Assembly (NCBI GenBank): GCA_963555815.3 | Contig: CAUVWX020000001.1 | Span: 1,216,001 to 1,280,000, forward strand | DNA length: 64,000 nt | Direction: 5' to 3' | Source of the DNA: a bacterium | GTDB taxonomy: Bacteria; UBA8248; JACPRG01; G963555815 | Shown here: positions 18,978 through 28,460 of the stretch, piece after piece | Layout: the number at the start of each line of letters is the position of its first letter | Numbering within the stretch: position 1 is the stretch's first letter | Position numbers and translations under genes: made by a program | The notes under the pieces: model-generated | Databases searched by the model: none | Told to the model about the DNA's origin: nothing | Seen by the model: only the letters and a program-made list of their open reading frames with translations

Positions 18978-20030
18978 ATGACGATGCGATTTAATATTTT
19001 TAAAGACCGCCCAAGGCCGGGGCCAGGTGATAAACTCAGGCCCATCCTGTTCAGTTTTCTCCTCTCCCTCTTCGCCTCCGGGGCTGTCGCTCAGGAACCC
19101 GTCACGCTCATCTTGAACTCCCCCCCGAATGCCACCCATTCAGCGTTCGTCCTCGGTCAGCGAGAGGGCTACTATGAACGGGCCGGGATCCAGCTGACCA
19201 TCGAGGCCGGCAGGGGCTCCGGCTCGACTCTAAAAGCCCTGGAGACCCGAGAGGGGGCCTTCGGCGTCGCCGAGGTGGCCTCCCTGATCGAGGGCCGAAA
19301 CGAGGGGATAGAGGTCATCGGAGTCCTTCTCCTGGGGGAGCGCACGGGGAGCACCCTCTTCACCCTGGCGGACTCAGGGATCCGAGAGCCCGGGGACCTC
19401 GAAGGTCGGGTGGTGGCCGGACCGTCGGCCAGCTTCCCCAGGCTCCTTTTCCCACTCCTGACTCAGGGCACGGGCCTGGACCTGGAGGACGTGCGCTGGA
19501 TCGATGTGGGCACAAGCGCCGGGATCTCCACACTCTTTGAGGGCAAGGCCGACGCTGTCGTCAGCAGCGAGGTGGTCCGCTGGCGCTATGAGCGGGCAGC
19601 GGCCCGACGCAAGAAGACCATCCTCAGCCTTCCGTTCTCGCGCTATGGCGTCCATGTCTATGGCCTGAATCTTGTCGCCTCCTCTCGTCTGGTCCAAAAT
19701 AGCCCGGACTTGGTTCGGCGGATGGTGGATGCCACGGCCAAGGCCATGGAGGATGCCCTACAGAGGCCCAGTGAGGCCCTAGAGTTCTTCCAACGGGCCT
19801 TTCCCAACTATCCGGCAGACGGGGCGGCCTCGGAGTGGAGGGCCACCCTGGCGGGCTGGTCGCAAGAAACCCTGAAAGCCGGGGGTTTTGGGAAGTATGA
19901 GGAGGAGCAGATGAGGGAGCTTCGGGCTTTCCTCTTCCGGGCTCGCCAGCTCCGAAGCGAGCCCCCGCTTGCACGCCTCTTCACGAATCAGTTTGTGCCG
20001 AGCCTCACCCCCTCACGAGCCCCTTTTTGA
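18978..20030 (+). CDS. NMT1/THI5-like ABC substrate-binding protein (orphan)
   Basis: signal peptide ending AVA/QE; GYYERAGIQLTIEAGRGS; DLEGR; FTNQFV. Confidence 0.85.
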   Translation: MTMRFNIFKDRPRPGPGDKLRPILFSFLLSLFASGAVAQEPVTLILNSPPNATHSAFVLGQREGYYERAGIQLTIEAGRGSGSTLKALETREGAFGVAEVASLIEGRNEGIEVIGVLLLGERTGSTLFTLADSGIREPGDLEGRVVAGPSASFPRLLFPLLTQGTGLDLEDVRWIDVGTSAGISTLFEGKADAVVSSEVVRWRYERAAARRKKTILSLPFSRYGVHVYGLNLVASSRLVQNSPDLVRRMVDATAKAMEDALQRPSEALEFFQRAFPNYPADGAASEWRATLAGWSQETLKAGGFGKYEEEQMRELRAFLFRARQLRSEPPLARLFTNQFVPSLTPSRAPF

Positions 20031-20168
20031 GCGTCTTGTCCTGCCTGAGATCTTCGTCGGCTGTCAGGCGCACACTGAGCCGGTCGTCGCATCCAGCGCC
20101 GATTTTCTCGACGCCAATTTCATGCATTGATAGGATCCCGAGGCAGAGGTTTTCCTGGAGGATCAAAC

Positions 20169-21971
20169 ATGGGTTATAGGCCCATCGATAGCTACGGCAT
20201 CATCGGCGACATGCACACCTGCGCCCTCGTCAGCACAGACGGCTCGATCGATTGGCTGTGCCTGCCCCATTTTGACTCGCCGAGCGTCTTCTGCTCGATT
20301 TTGGACGATGACAAGGGGGGCCACTTTCAAATCACATCGACGCGTGAAAGCAAGCATCACCAGCTTTATCTGCCCGACACGAACGTCCTCGTCACGCGCT
20401 TTTTGAGTGAAGCGGGCGTCGCCGAGGTGATCGACTTCATGCCGGTTCGGGGAGGTGCCTCCTGCCACGTGAGCCACCTCGTCCGGCTCGTGAAGGGTAT
20501 CCGGGGTGTGGTGCCCATGAAGATGACGTGCCGGCCCGCCTTCGACTACGCCCGCCGCTCACATACGCTGGGGATCAACGGGGGAGAGGCTATCTTCCAG
20601 CAGGAGGGGGGAGAAAGGGTGCTTGGGCTGTCCACCGACGTGGATCTCAAGCAGGAGGGAGACGCGGCGGGGTGCGAATTTACGATCCATGAAGGGCAGT
20701 CGCAGCACTTCATCCTCTGGCCCACTCGGGATGTCGGCCAGGAGACCGCTACATGCCCCATCCCGGATTCCCAGGAGGCCTTCATTCGGACGTGCAATTT
20801 CTGGCGCACCTGGATCTCGCGCTGCACTTACGACGGGCGCTGGCGCGAGGAGGTGCACCGCTCGGCCATGATCCTCAAGCTCCTCACCTTCGAGCCCACG
20901 GGCGCCATCGTGGCCGCTGCGACGACGAGCCTGCCTGAAGGGATCGGGGGAGAGCGGAACTGGGACTACCGGTACACCTGGATCCGCGACGCGGCCTTCA
21001 CGGTCTACGCCCTGATGCGGATCGGTTTCACCGCCGAGGCCGAGGCCTTCATGGGATGGGTGCAGGGCCTCTGCATGGGGCTGAACCCGAACGGCCCCCC
21101 ACTTCAGATCATGTACGGCATCGACGGACGCCGTGAGCTGAAAGAGGAGGAGCTGACCCACCTCGACGGCTACATGGGGTCGCGCCCCGTTCGCATTGGT
21201 AACGGCGCCTACAACCAGCTCCAGCTCGACATCTACGGCGAGCTCATCGACTCCGTCTACATCTATAACAAGCACAGGCCTATCTCCTACGATTTCTGGA
21301 TCGACCTCCGCCGGCTGGTGAACTGGGTTTGCGACAACTGGCATCTCAAGGACGAGGGCGTCTGGGAGGTGCGAGGCGGCCAGCAGGAATTCGTCTACAG
21401 CAAGCTCATGTGCTGGGTGGCGGTAGACCGGGGTCTTCGCCTGGCCGACAAGCGAAGCTTCCCCGCCGACCGCGCCCGATGGCTTAAGGTCCGGGACGCG
21501 ATCTACGAGGAGATCATGACAAAAGGCTGGAGTGAAGAGCGTCAAGCCTTTGTGCAAGCCTACGGGTCGAGCTCCCTGGACGCCTCGAACCTGCTCATGC
21601 CCCTCACCTTTTTCGTTTCACCTATCGATCCGCGGATGCAGTCCACCCTGGACGCCACCCTAAAGAGTCTTGTGAAGGACTCCCTTGTCTTCCGCTACGA
21701 TGTGAAGAAGGGCGCCTCGGACGGGCTCGCGGGGGAGGAAGGGACCTTCAGCATCTGTACCTTCTGGCTCGTCGAGGCCCTGGCGCGCGCCGGCCGGCTG
21801 GAAGGGGCGCGCCTCATCTTCGAAAAGATGCTCGGCTACGCCAACCACGTGGGACTCTACAGCGAGGAGATCAGCGTCGGGGGCGACGCCCTGGGGAACA
21901 CCCCCCAGGCCTTCACTCACCTGAGCATGATCAGCGCCGCCTTCAACCTCAACCGCGCCCTCGGCGGCTAG
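20169..21971 (+). CDS. glycoside hydrolase family 15 (trehalase/glucoamylase-like)
   Basis: YGIIGD...[16 protein letters not shown]...[24 protein letters not shown]...GNTPQAFTH; start ATG 20169 after GGAGG. Confidence 0.93.
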   Translation: MGYRPIDSYGIIGDMHTCALVSTDGSIDWLCLPHFDSPSVFCSILDDDKGGHFQITSTRESKHHQLYLPDTNVLVTRFLSEAGVAEVIDFMPVRGGASCHVSHLVRLVKGIRGVVPMKMTCRPAFDYARRSHTLGINGGEAIFQQEGGERVLGLSTDVDLKQEGDAAGCEFTIHEGQSQHFILWPTRDVGQETATCPIPDSQEAFIRTCNFWRTWISRCTYDGRWREEVHRSAMILKLLTFEPTGAIVAAATTSLPEGIGGERNWDYRYTWIRDAAFTVYALMRIGFTAEAEAFMGWVQGLCMGLNPNGPPLQIMYGIDGRRELKEEELTHLDGYMGSRPVRIGNGAYNQLQLDIYGELIDSVYIYNKHRPISYDFWIDLRRLVNWVCDNWHLKDEGVWEVRGGQQEFVYSKLMCWVAVDRGLRLADKRSFPADRARWLKVRDAIYEEIMTKGWSEERQAFVQAYGSSSLDASNLLMPLTFFVSPIDPRMQSTLDATLKSLVKDSLVFRYDVKKGASDGLAGEEGTFSICTFWLVEALARAGRLEGARLIFEKMLGYANHVGLYSEEISVGGDALGNTPQAFTHLSMISAAFNLNRALGG

Positions 21972-22132
21972 GCCCCTTGCAGATCTGAAGCCCTGACAGC
22001 TTCTTTGCGGAGGGGGGGTGCAGCGCTTTGCCTCTGCGGTCATCCCGCGCTATTGAAACCCCCCAGTCGCTCCCCTATGATGGATGGAGCCCATTGCGAC
22101 CCCCATCCAGGGTCTGAAAAGGAGATCGCAGG

Positions 22133-22903
22133 ATGAAGGGTTTTCATCTTCGGTTTGAATTTTTTCCTATCCTCCTCATCCTCTCTCTCCTTTCCCCCCG
22201 GTTCCTTCAGGCTGAAGGGACCATCACCATCAGGTGGTTGGGCCATTCCGCCTTCCAGATCACATCGGAGGATGGCGTCCGGGTCTTCACGGACCCCTTT
22301 GCCATTGAGGGGCGGGACGCTGTGGGCTATGCAAGGCCCCCTGTGGAGGCCGACCTGGTCACCATCAGCCACGAACACAGGGACCACAACCAGGCCGGTT
22401 GGATTCAGGGATCGTCCAAAATTTTTCGGGGGCTCACTTCGAATGGACAAGACTGGCAAAAGATCGACCATCGCCTCAAGGATGTCCGAATCACCACGGT
22501 TCCCGTCTATCACGATAAGGAGCAGGGAAGGCTCCGTGGAAAGAACAACGTTTTTGTCATTGAGGCGAGCGGCCTTCGCATCGCCCACTTCAGCGACATG
22601 GGCCACATCCCCGATGAGGCGACCTATCAGGCCCTTGGAAGGGTGGACATCCTTCTCATCCCGGTCGGGGGGTTTTTCAGCATTGACGGAGACGAAGCGG
22701 CCGAGATCGTCTCCCGCCTAAAACCCCCGCTGGTCATCCCACAACACTTCAAGACCGAAGCCATCGCCGACTGGCCCATCTCGGATGAAACGGAATTTCT
22801 GGCACACTATAAAGATGCCAAGCGCCTCGGCCGAAGCCAGGTGGAGGTGAGCCCGGCGTCTCTCCCCAAGGAGACAGAAGTATGGGTCTTGACCTATCAA
22901 TAG
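22133..22903 (+). CDS. MBL-fold metallo-hydrolase, probably exported
   Basis: WLGHSAF, SHEHRDH, HFSDMG, IPQH; hydrophobic N-terminus. Confidence 0.88.
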   Translation: MKGFHLRFEFFPILLILSLLSPRFLQAEGTITIRWLGHSAFQITSEDGVRVFTDPFAIEGRDAVGYARPPVEADLVTISHEHRDHNQAGWIQGSSKIFRGLTSNGQDWQKIDHRLKDVRITTVPVYHDKEQGRLRGKNNVFVIEASGLRIAHFSDMGHIPDEATYQALGRVDILLIPVGGFFSIDGDEAAEIVSRLKPPLVIPQHFKTEAIADWPISDETEFLAHYKDAKRLGRSQVEVSPASLPKETEVWVLTYQ

Positions 22904-22926
22904 TCGGCTTTGAACGGAACTAAATC

Positions 22927-23436
22927 ATGAGTTTCATTTCGACCCGCAAAGTGATCATCTATTCTGTTTTGCTCTTGGTTCTTCTCTCTGCCTGCGGCAG
23001 AAGGCGCACCGCGCCGGAGGTGGTGACCCCGGCCCGGGCCTCCAGGCCGGTTGCTGGTCCCTGTTCCGGGTCCTTCCTGTACAACGAGGACCGGACCCAG
23101 ATCGAAGGGATCCTCCTCGACAGTTCAGTCCTCCCCTTTTCCCTCAAGATTGGCCCGAACCGACGGACGCCCCCCGCCCTTCGGGATGTTATGGAGGTCC
23201 TCCAAGTCCTGGACACCTGGCACGTTGAGCGCTGCAAGGAAGGACTGGAGATCTCCCCGTCGGAGCGGGCGGGGCACGAGGAAGAGACCGAGCGCATCGC
23301 ACGACACCTCAGGGCTTTTGTCCTCGTCGTGACCCTGCCCTATGGCTCCGAGGAGGAGGCCAACCAGGAGATCAAGAACTGGATGGATGGGGTCAGGACC
23401 CAACTCCTGAGGGGGTTCCAGCGCAGGAACCCCTGA
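22927..23436 (+). CDS. hypothetical lipoprotein
   Basis: lipobox LLSAC after a hydrophobic stretch; co-oriented with the MBL gene. Confidence 0.7.
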   Translation: MSFISTRKVIIYSVLLLVLLSACGRRRTAPEVVTPARASRPVAGPCSGSFLYNEDRTQIEGILLDSSVLPFSLKIGPNRRTPPALRDVMEVLQVLDTWHVERCKEGLEISPSERAGHEEETERIARHLRAFVLVVTLPYGSEEEANQEIKNWMDGVRTQLLRGFQRRNP

Positions 23437-23588
23437 CGAAAAGGGTGATGGGGAGATTCTTCCCATCTTCCAAAGGGCCAAAAGAGAGTTTTATTGAAGC
23501 GGAAGACTTTTAACCAAAAGAGGCGAGCTTCTTCTTAGGCCACAGTAGGACGTCACAGTACAGAAAGAGAAACTTCTTTTCCACGGCG

Positions 23589-23945
23589 TTAGGCGAGCTT
23601 AAGTGTGACCTTCGACTCCAGATTGCCGAGATCGATGGGCTTGGTGAGATAGTCGAAGGCCCCCTCCTTGAGCGCTTCTTTAAAAACCCCCTCATCCTGG
23701 ACAGCCGTGACCATGATGGCGCCGACGGCCGGGTTCAGTTCTTTTGCCCGGCGCAGGACCTCAATCCCGCTAACCCCTGGCATCCGGACGTCGAGGAGGA
23801 TGACGTGAGGCCGCTCACGCTTGAGCTTAGATAGGGCCTCTTCACCACTCGTGGCGGTCGTCACCTCAAACCCCTTGGCCTTGAAGAAGAGCTCGAGCTG
23901 TTCGCAGGCCTTGGGCTCATCGTCGACGATAAGGATCTTGGGCAT
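23589..23945 (-). CDS. stand-alone response regulator receiver protein (copy 2)
   Basis: KILIVDDE, LLDVRMPG, VTA, YLTKP. Confidence 0.93.
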   Translation of the reverse strand: MPKILIVDDEPKACEQLELFFKAKGFEVTTATSGEEALSKLKRERPHVILLDVRMPGVSGIEVLRRAKELNPAVGAIMVTAVQDEGVFKEALKEGAFDYLTKPIDLGNLESKVTLKLA

Positions 23946-23988
23946 CCTCTCCCTCCCCATTTAGGGAGCTGCACGGCACCTTGAATGT

Positions 23989-24390
23989 CTAGTGTTCGAG
24001 GAGTTCCATGACCTTGACCGAGACCCTCGACTCCAGATAAGTCAGGTTGAGGGGCTTGGTGAGGTAGTCGAAGGCCCCCTCCTCGAGCGCCTCTTTAAAA
24101 ACCTCCTCATCTTGGACGGCCGTGACCATGATGACGCCGACGGCCGGGTCCAGCTTTTTCGCCTGCCGCAGGACCTCGATCCCGTTAACCCCTGGCATCC
24201 GGACGTCGAGGAGGACGAGGTGAGGCCGCTCATACTTGAGCTTTGCGATGGCTTCCTCACCGTTCGTGGCGGTGGTCGCCTCATACCCCTTGGACTGGAA
24301 AAAGAGCTTGACCTGCTCGCAGACCTTGGGCTCGTCGTCGTCGACGAGGATCTTGATCAGTCCTTTTCTAGTGATCTGAAGCTCACGCAT
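23989..24390 (-). CDS. stand-alone response regulator receiver protein (copy 1)
   Basis: KILVDDDE, LLDVRMPG, VTA, YLTKP; overlaps the kinase stop codon. Confidence 0.92.
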   Translation of the reverse strand: MRELQITRKGLIKILVDDDEPKVCEQVKLFFQSKGYEATTATNGEEAIAKLKYERPHLVLLDVRMPGVNGIEVLRQAKKLDPAVGVIMVTAVQDEEVFKEALEEGAFDYLTKPLNLTYLESRVSVKVMELLEH

Positions 24391-27304
24391 TTCCTTCCTC
24401 CTTTCGAAGGGCCGGGAGTTCTACCCTAAAAGTGGCTCCCTCTCCATCCTTGCTCTCAACGGTAAGGTTTCCTTTGTGCGCTTCGATGATCCCGTACGAA
24501 ACAGCAAGGCCGAGTCCAGTCCCTTTTCCTTCAGGCTTTGTGCTGAAGAAGGGGTCAAACACTTTCTCTCGCACCTCCCTGGGGATGCCGACGCCCGTAT
24601 CCTGGACCGAGGCACCCACCCAGCCATTTTTGGCCTTGGTCTGAAGGACGAGGCGGCCGCCCGATGGCATGGCGTCTCTTGCGTTCTGGATGAGGTTGAA
24701 GAAGACCTGGCGGAGCTGGTCTTCATCCCCCAGCACTTCAGGGAGGTCAGGCGCATATTCCCGGACCACCTCGATATTTTCCAGACGGGTCTCGTGGGAG
24801 ATGAGATCGATGATCTGATCCAGGAGGTGGGGAAGTTCCACGGGTTTGGCACGGGGTTCTTTCTGTCTGGAAAATTCCAGGAGGTTATCCGCAATCTTGA
24901 CCACCCGGCCGACCTCCTCTTGCATGGAGCCCAGGGCCTCGGAGAGGTTCTCCGGGGTCTTCTCGACGATCCCTCGCTGGAGCACCTGAATCGCGACGGA
25001 CAGGTTATTGATGGGGTTCAGGATCTCGTGGGAGACTCCCGCCACCAGAGTTCCGATGGAGGCCAGCTTCTCTGACCGAATGGCCACCTCCTGGGCGAGG
25101 TGGAGTTCCTCGACCATTTTTTGAAGCTCGTCGTTTGTACTCGCCAGCTCCCGTTCTATCTTCTTTCTCTCAGAAATATCGCGGGTGATGATGGAGTGGC
25201 CCGTGACCTCGCCCCGGGGGCCGCGAAGGGGCGAGCAGGTGATCTGGGCGTCGAATGTCTCGCCTCCTTTTCGCCGCCTCTCCGTTTCCACGAGTGTCAA
25301 TACCTTGCCCTGGTTCAATCTCTCCCGAATGGCAAGGGCCTCCGTCATTCTTTCCTCGGGGATGAGGCAGTGAGGGGTTTCCCCCACCATCTCAGAGGCG
25401 GGGTATCCGTAGATACGCTCGGCGGCCGGGTTCCAGGAGAGGACCTTTCCCTCTGGGTCCAAGGTGACGATGGCATCTCCGGCGTTCTCCACCAGGGTCT
25501 CCAGACGGTCCCTCATCGGGCGGACGTCAGCGTAGATTTGGGCGTTTCGGATGGCGATGGCCGCCTGCTCGGCGAAGGCCTGGCCGAGCGCGATCTCCTC
25601 CCCGGAGAAGCGCTTGGTCTTGCCCCAATAAAATGCGAGGACGCCAAAGGTCTCACCCCTGGCGCGCATGGGGATGACGACTAAGGACCGAATACCCTCG
25701 CGAAGCCAGATCTCCTGCTGGTGTTCCCATTGGGATCCATGGCTCACGTCCTCAATGACAGTCGGTTGGCTGAGTGAGGGGTCCTGAGCGTATTGGGAGA
25801 CAATGGTTTTTCCCTTGAGGTAGCGGATGGTCTCCAGGTGCTCCTCCGAGAGTCCCCGGGCGATGACGTCAAACACCTCCCCGCTCTCTTTACGAACGAA
25901 CCAGAGGCCAACGCGGTCGGTCCCGAAGACGCGCCCCCCCTCGTCCAGGATGGCCTCGAGCGTCTGCTTGAGGTCGAGTTCCGAGGCGACCCGTCTTGAG
26001 GCCTCGACGAGTCCCGCCAACTCCTTGGACCTTTTCACGACGCCTTCGTAAAGCCGGGCGTTCTCAAGGGCGATGGCCGCCTCGCTGGCCAGGGCCTCCA
26101 TCAGCCGGATGTCTTCTTCTTCGAACTTCGACGGCTCGCGCGAGAGGCAGTTCAAGACGCCGACGAGCTTTTCGCCCGAGATCAGTGGGACGCCGATGAA
26201 AGACCGAAGGCCCTCGGCCTTCGCCCAGGCGTGGTTCCACCAGCGCTGGTCCCTTTGCACGTCATCGATGACCAGGGACTTTTTCTCCGACGGCCACTAT
26301 CCCGCTCGGCGGGCCCCCTACGGGGAGTTCCGGGGGCCCCCGGGGGGCTCTGGGATCTGTCCAAAAGTGGCCGTGGGGCGCAGAAGCTTTCCGTCTTCAC
26401 TTAAGAGAAAGAGGCCGGCGCGGTCTCCATCGAGGAGTTCCAACGACGCCCGGACGATGGAGTCCAGGACTTCCTTCAGATCTAACTTAGAGGAGACCTT
26501 CTGACTGAGGTCGTGAAGGGCGCTGAGGCGCTGTGAGCCCTCCAGGACCTTCTCATAGAGCGTCGCATTTCGCTCCGCCGTGTCGGCCAAGTCCGACGAG
26601 GCTCGCCTGACGACGACGAGGAGGCCGAGATAGACAATGAGGCCGCTCCCCAGGCCGACACCCCAGAGGGTCCTCGTTACCTTTTTCACGGGCCCAATGA
26701 GTGGGGTGGCGTCGGCGTAGATCCCAAGGACAGAGGCGACATTCTGCCCCTCAGGGGAGAAGAGGGGAATATAGACCTCAATCACGGAGCTGTGCCCAAG
26801 GGCTTCCCCGTTGTTCCCGTTGTTGTGGTTGAATCCCGGGAGCTGCCAGTGGTAGGTCACCTCTCCCGCCAGGGCTTGCCTCAGGTTTTCAGCCTCAGAG
26901 ATCCTTCTGTCCAACCCCATCTCGTCGGACCAGATGAGCCTTCCGTTTAGGTCCCAGAGCTTGAGCCCGCGACTCCCGAGCGTGTTCGTGAGATCCTCTG
27001 AAAGCCTGCCCAGGCCCTCTAGGGAAGCCTGAGTCAAGGGGGTCAAGGGGGCCAGGGACAGGTGCGTCATCCTAACCCTCACCTGGCCTGCGACGTCGTT
27101 GGCTCGTGTTTTTGCGAGGTCCTTCTTCAAGATCGCGCTCAGAAGGGAGCCGCCGTAAAGGCTCCCGGCCAGGACACAAAGACCGAGGAGGATAGAGGCT
27201 CTCTTGAGGATCTTTGAAAGAGAAGGCCGAGCTGGCTCGCCCCCGGAGCGAGGGGATAGTCGCCCACTTGAGAGAAGGAATTCTTTGGAGAAATCGATGG
27301 GCAT
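24383..27304 (-). pseudogene. membrane sensor histidine kinase (TM-sensor-TM-GAF-GAF-PAS-HisKA-HATPase) interrupted at ~26292-26335
   Basis: ORFs 26318-27304 and 24383-26260 share a frame, separated by TAGs at 26318 and 26297; the shifted frame between them reads ELPVGGPPSGIVA (GAF-like); H-box SHEILNP; N/G boxes NLIQNA, DTGVGI, GTGLGL. Confidence 0.85.
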
Positions 27305-27347
27305 CTGCTTCCGTCTCCTTAAGCCGTACGCCTGATTAGAAATGCGA

Positions 27348-27378
27348 GACGGGGGAGGGGAGGTGGGCCTCCCCCGTC
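27348..27378 (-). terminator. GC-rich hairpin downstream of the Flp pilin gene
   Basis: 11-bp stem GACGGGGGAGG/CCTCCCCCGTC; no strong U tract. Confidence 0.5.
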
Positions 27379-27409
27379 CCCTTCGAGGGGCCTGCTATCG
27401 GTGGAAGCG

Positions 27410-27568
27410 TTAGAGGCTCCCCACGATGTTGTTCAAGGTGGTAGTGACGCCCCCGCCCAGCAGGGTCAACGCGGCGATGACAGCGATCGCCACCAGGGTG
27501 ATGATGAGGGCGTACTCTGTCAGCCCCTGGCCTTTTCTGTCCTTCAAGAACTGGATGAATCGTTTCAT
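27410..27568 (-). CDS. flp: Flp/Fap (type IVc/Tad) pilin, 52 aa
   Basis: MKRFIQFLKDRKGQGLTEYALIITLVAIAVIAAL...; G/LTEY Flp motif; strong RBS GAAAGGAG. Confidence 0.92.
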   Translation of the reverse strand: MKRFIQFLKDRKGQGLTEYALIITLVAIAVIAALTLLGGGVTTTLNNIVGSL

Positions 27569-27623
27569 TTCTCCACTCCTTTCCTCATTTAAACGGTTTT
27601 TTCTCAGAACAGCTGTCCCGAAC

Positions 27624-27857
27624 TTACCTCCCGCCCCCACGCCCAGCAGGGGCCCCTCGTCCTGGGGGGGGTCCCCGCCCCCCTCGCCCGCTCAAGCTGT
27701 CGGTCGAATCGCTCAGAGAGTCTGTGAGGTTCTCCCCAAGCAGCGCCAGGGCCGCTATGACCGCAAGGGCAACCAGGGCGATGATGAGGGCGTACCCGGT
27801 CAGCCCCTGGCCCTCGTCCTTCCTCAACCCCCTGAAAAACTGAAAAACCTTCTCCAA
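27624..27857 (-). CDS. second, degenerate Flp-like pilin (conserved Glu to Gly, C-terminal run-on)
   Basis: TTG start; FFRGLRKDEGQGLTGYALIIALVALAVIAALALLG; Gly/Arg/Pro tail beyond the position where the paralog stops. Confidence 0.75.
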   Translation of the reverse strand: MEKVFQFFRGLRKDEGQGLTGYALIIALVALAVIAALALLGENLTDSLSDSTDSLSGRGGRGPPPGRGAPAGRGGGR

Positions 27858-27938
27858 ATCCCGTTGCCATCCACGCGACACCTCTTTGGCTTGTGCAGAT
27901 GACATTGCCCGGACTCTCGTAGGGACGGACACTGCGCA

Positions 27939-28058
27939 TCACCAGCCCTCTTCGATCCTCCCTTTCAGTTCGCCATACCTTCGGGAGTCCCGCCGGATGT
28001 GGATGACGAGCCCGACGGTCAATGCGGCAAGCCAGAAAATCGCAGTCCCGATGCCCAT
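27939..28058 (-). CDS. 39-aa single-TM small protein (absent from the ORF track)
   Basis: MGIGTAIFWLAALTVGLVIHIRRDSRRYGELKGRIEEGW; RBS GGGGAAGAAGGA; first ORF after the sigma54 promoter. Confidence 0.55.
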   Translation of the reverse strand: MGIGTAIFWLAALTVGLVIHIRRDSRRYGELKGRIEEGW

Positions 28059-28188
28059 GTCCTTCTTCCCCCTTGAAATTGGACCCTATCCCCCTGCAAC
28101 GACTCTTCCTCTCAAAGCGGTCCCCTTTCGGACCCACGCCTCCGAGTGCACCTCAGGGTCTATCGATGTATCGGCAACCCTAAGAAGA

Positions 28189-28205
28189 AGCAATCCCTGT
28201 GCCAG
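28189..28205 (-). promoter_or_regulatory. sigma54 (-24/-12) promoter
   Basis: CTGGCACAGGGATTGCT matches TGGCAC-N5-TTGC. Confidence 0.8.
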
Positions 28206-28232
28206 AGTGTCACGGACGCCCGACATTTTTTT

Positions 28233-28245
28233 TAACTAATTGAAA
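28233..28245 (-). promoter_or_regulatory. IHF-like site upstream of the sigma54 promoter
   Basis: TTTCAATTAGTTA vs WATCAANNNNTTR (1 mismatch) in an AT-rich patch ~30-40 bp upstream of -24. Confidence 0.5.
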
Positions 28246-28460
28246 ATTAAATAGATATCAGGATGATAGACAGCGGCTCTTGAAATGCCCCAAAGGGTGG
28301 GGAAGGCGACAGGACAACAAGGGATGGGGAAAGCTCCTCGACAGTTGGGGCCGAGGGGCCACAGTGAGTGGGGCGCGTTTAGCCCTTCTCAGGTGCGGGA
28401 GATTTGAGCCTTCCTGGAGAGGGGGAGAACCCTTTGGGGGGGGTAGGGAGCAGGCCTGGG

